In this document: positions 31,959-32,000 of the stretch, one piece after another
Layout of the letters: each line of letters begins with the position of its first letter
Numbering within the stretch: position 1 is the first letter of the stretch
DNA from: an uncultured Planctomycetia bacterium
GTDB lineage: Bacteria > Omnitrophota > Gorgyraeia > Duberdicusellales > 4484-171
DNA: 32,000 nucleotides
Reading direction: 5' to 3'
Assembly (NCBI GenBank): GCA_964536865.1
Contig: CAZHYN010000001.1
Span: 120,001-152,000 of the forward strand
Program-made: the position numbers and the translations under genes
Notes under the pieces: generated by a model
Database searches by the model: none
The model's input: only the letters and a program-made list of their open reading frames with translations
What the model was told of the DNA's origin: nothing

Positions 31959-32000
31959 GAAGATTATTTTTCTATCTTTTTTTGATAGTTTTTATTTTAA
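31955..32000 (+). CDS. start of next operon gene (possibly efflux adaptor), cut by window edge
   Basis: The ATG overlaps the TolC-like stop (ATGA). GAGGAGGG RBS 7 nt upstream. Hydrophobic N-terminus MRRLFFYLFLIVFIL. The function is a guess from operon context only. Confidence 0.4.
   Translation, partial: MRRLFFYLFLIVFIL

Overview
AT-rich bacterial window, annotated by eye from the sequence and ORF track; all family names come from remembered motifs, and no database or HMM search was run. The left edge holds the end of a CheC-like chemotaxis gene and tRNA-Gln(CTG). From the tRNA to about 24.9 kb lies a patchwork accessory/defence-type island with no integrase or intact transposase. It contains, in order: (1) a GIY-YIG mini-insertion bracketed by a 20-bp duplication of the tRNA 3' end; (2) a truncated four-helix-bundle gene; (3) an XRE-Panacea(DUF4065)/RelE-like toxin-antitoxin pair; (4) a SIMPL-domain protein; (5) a Fic protein; (6) three paralogous proteins built as variable N-domain (DUF4062 or AlbA_2) + RecG-C-like ATPase fold + wHTH; (7) two RadC/JAB genes sharing a 438-bp perfectly identical block; (8) a complete type I R-M system (hsdM, hsdS, hsdR) whose operon is interrupted between hsdM and hsdS by a tightly packed three-gene insert ending in a SIR2-like protein; (9) a YgjP-type metallopeptidase and a mini thermonuclease; (10) a small ArsR-type wHTH gene embedded in six or more copies of a 28-30 bp palindromic repeat; (11) a decayed nucleotidyltransferase-type module bracketed by twin 40-bp palindromes. 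A short two-hairpin element recurs five times at module junctions. The right part looks core-like: a consensus promoter, a cobalamin riboswitch and nrdD-nrdG (class III RNR), then a decayed GC-richer stretch (LysE-like pseudogene, IS256 transposase fragment), then the start of a TetR/TolC-like efflux operon. The best candidates for something undescribed are the AlbA_2 / mini PD-(D/E)xK / SIR2-like trio inside the R-M operon, the repeat array around the ArsR-type gene, and the two-hairpin junction element.
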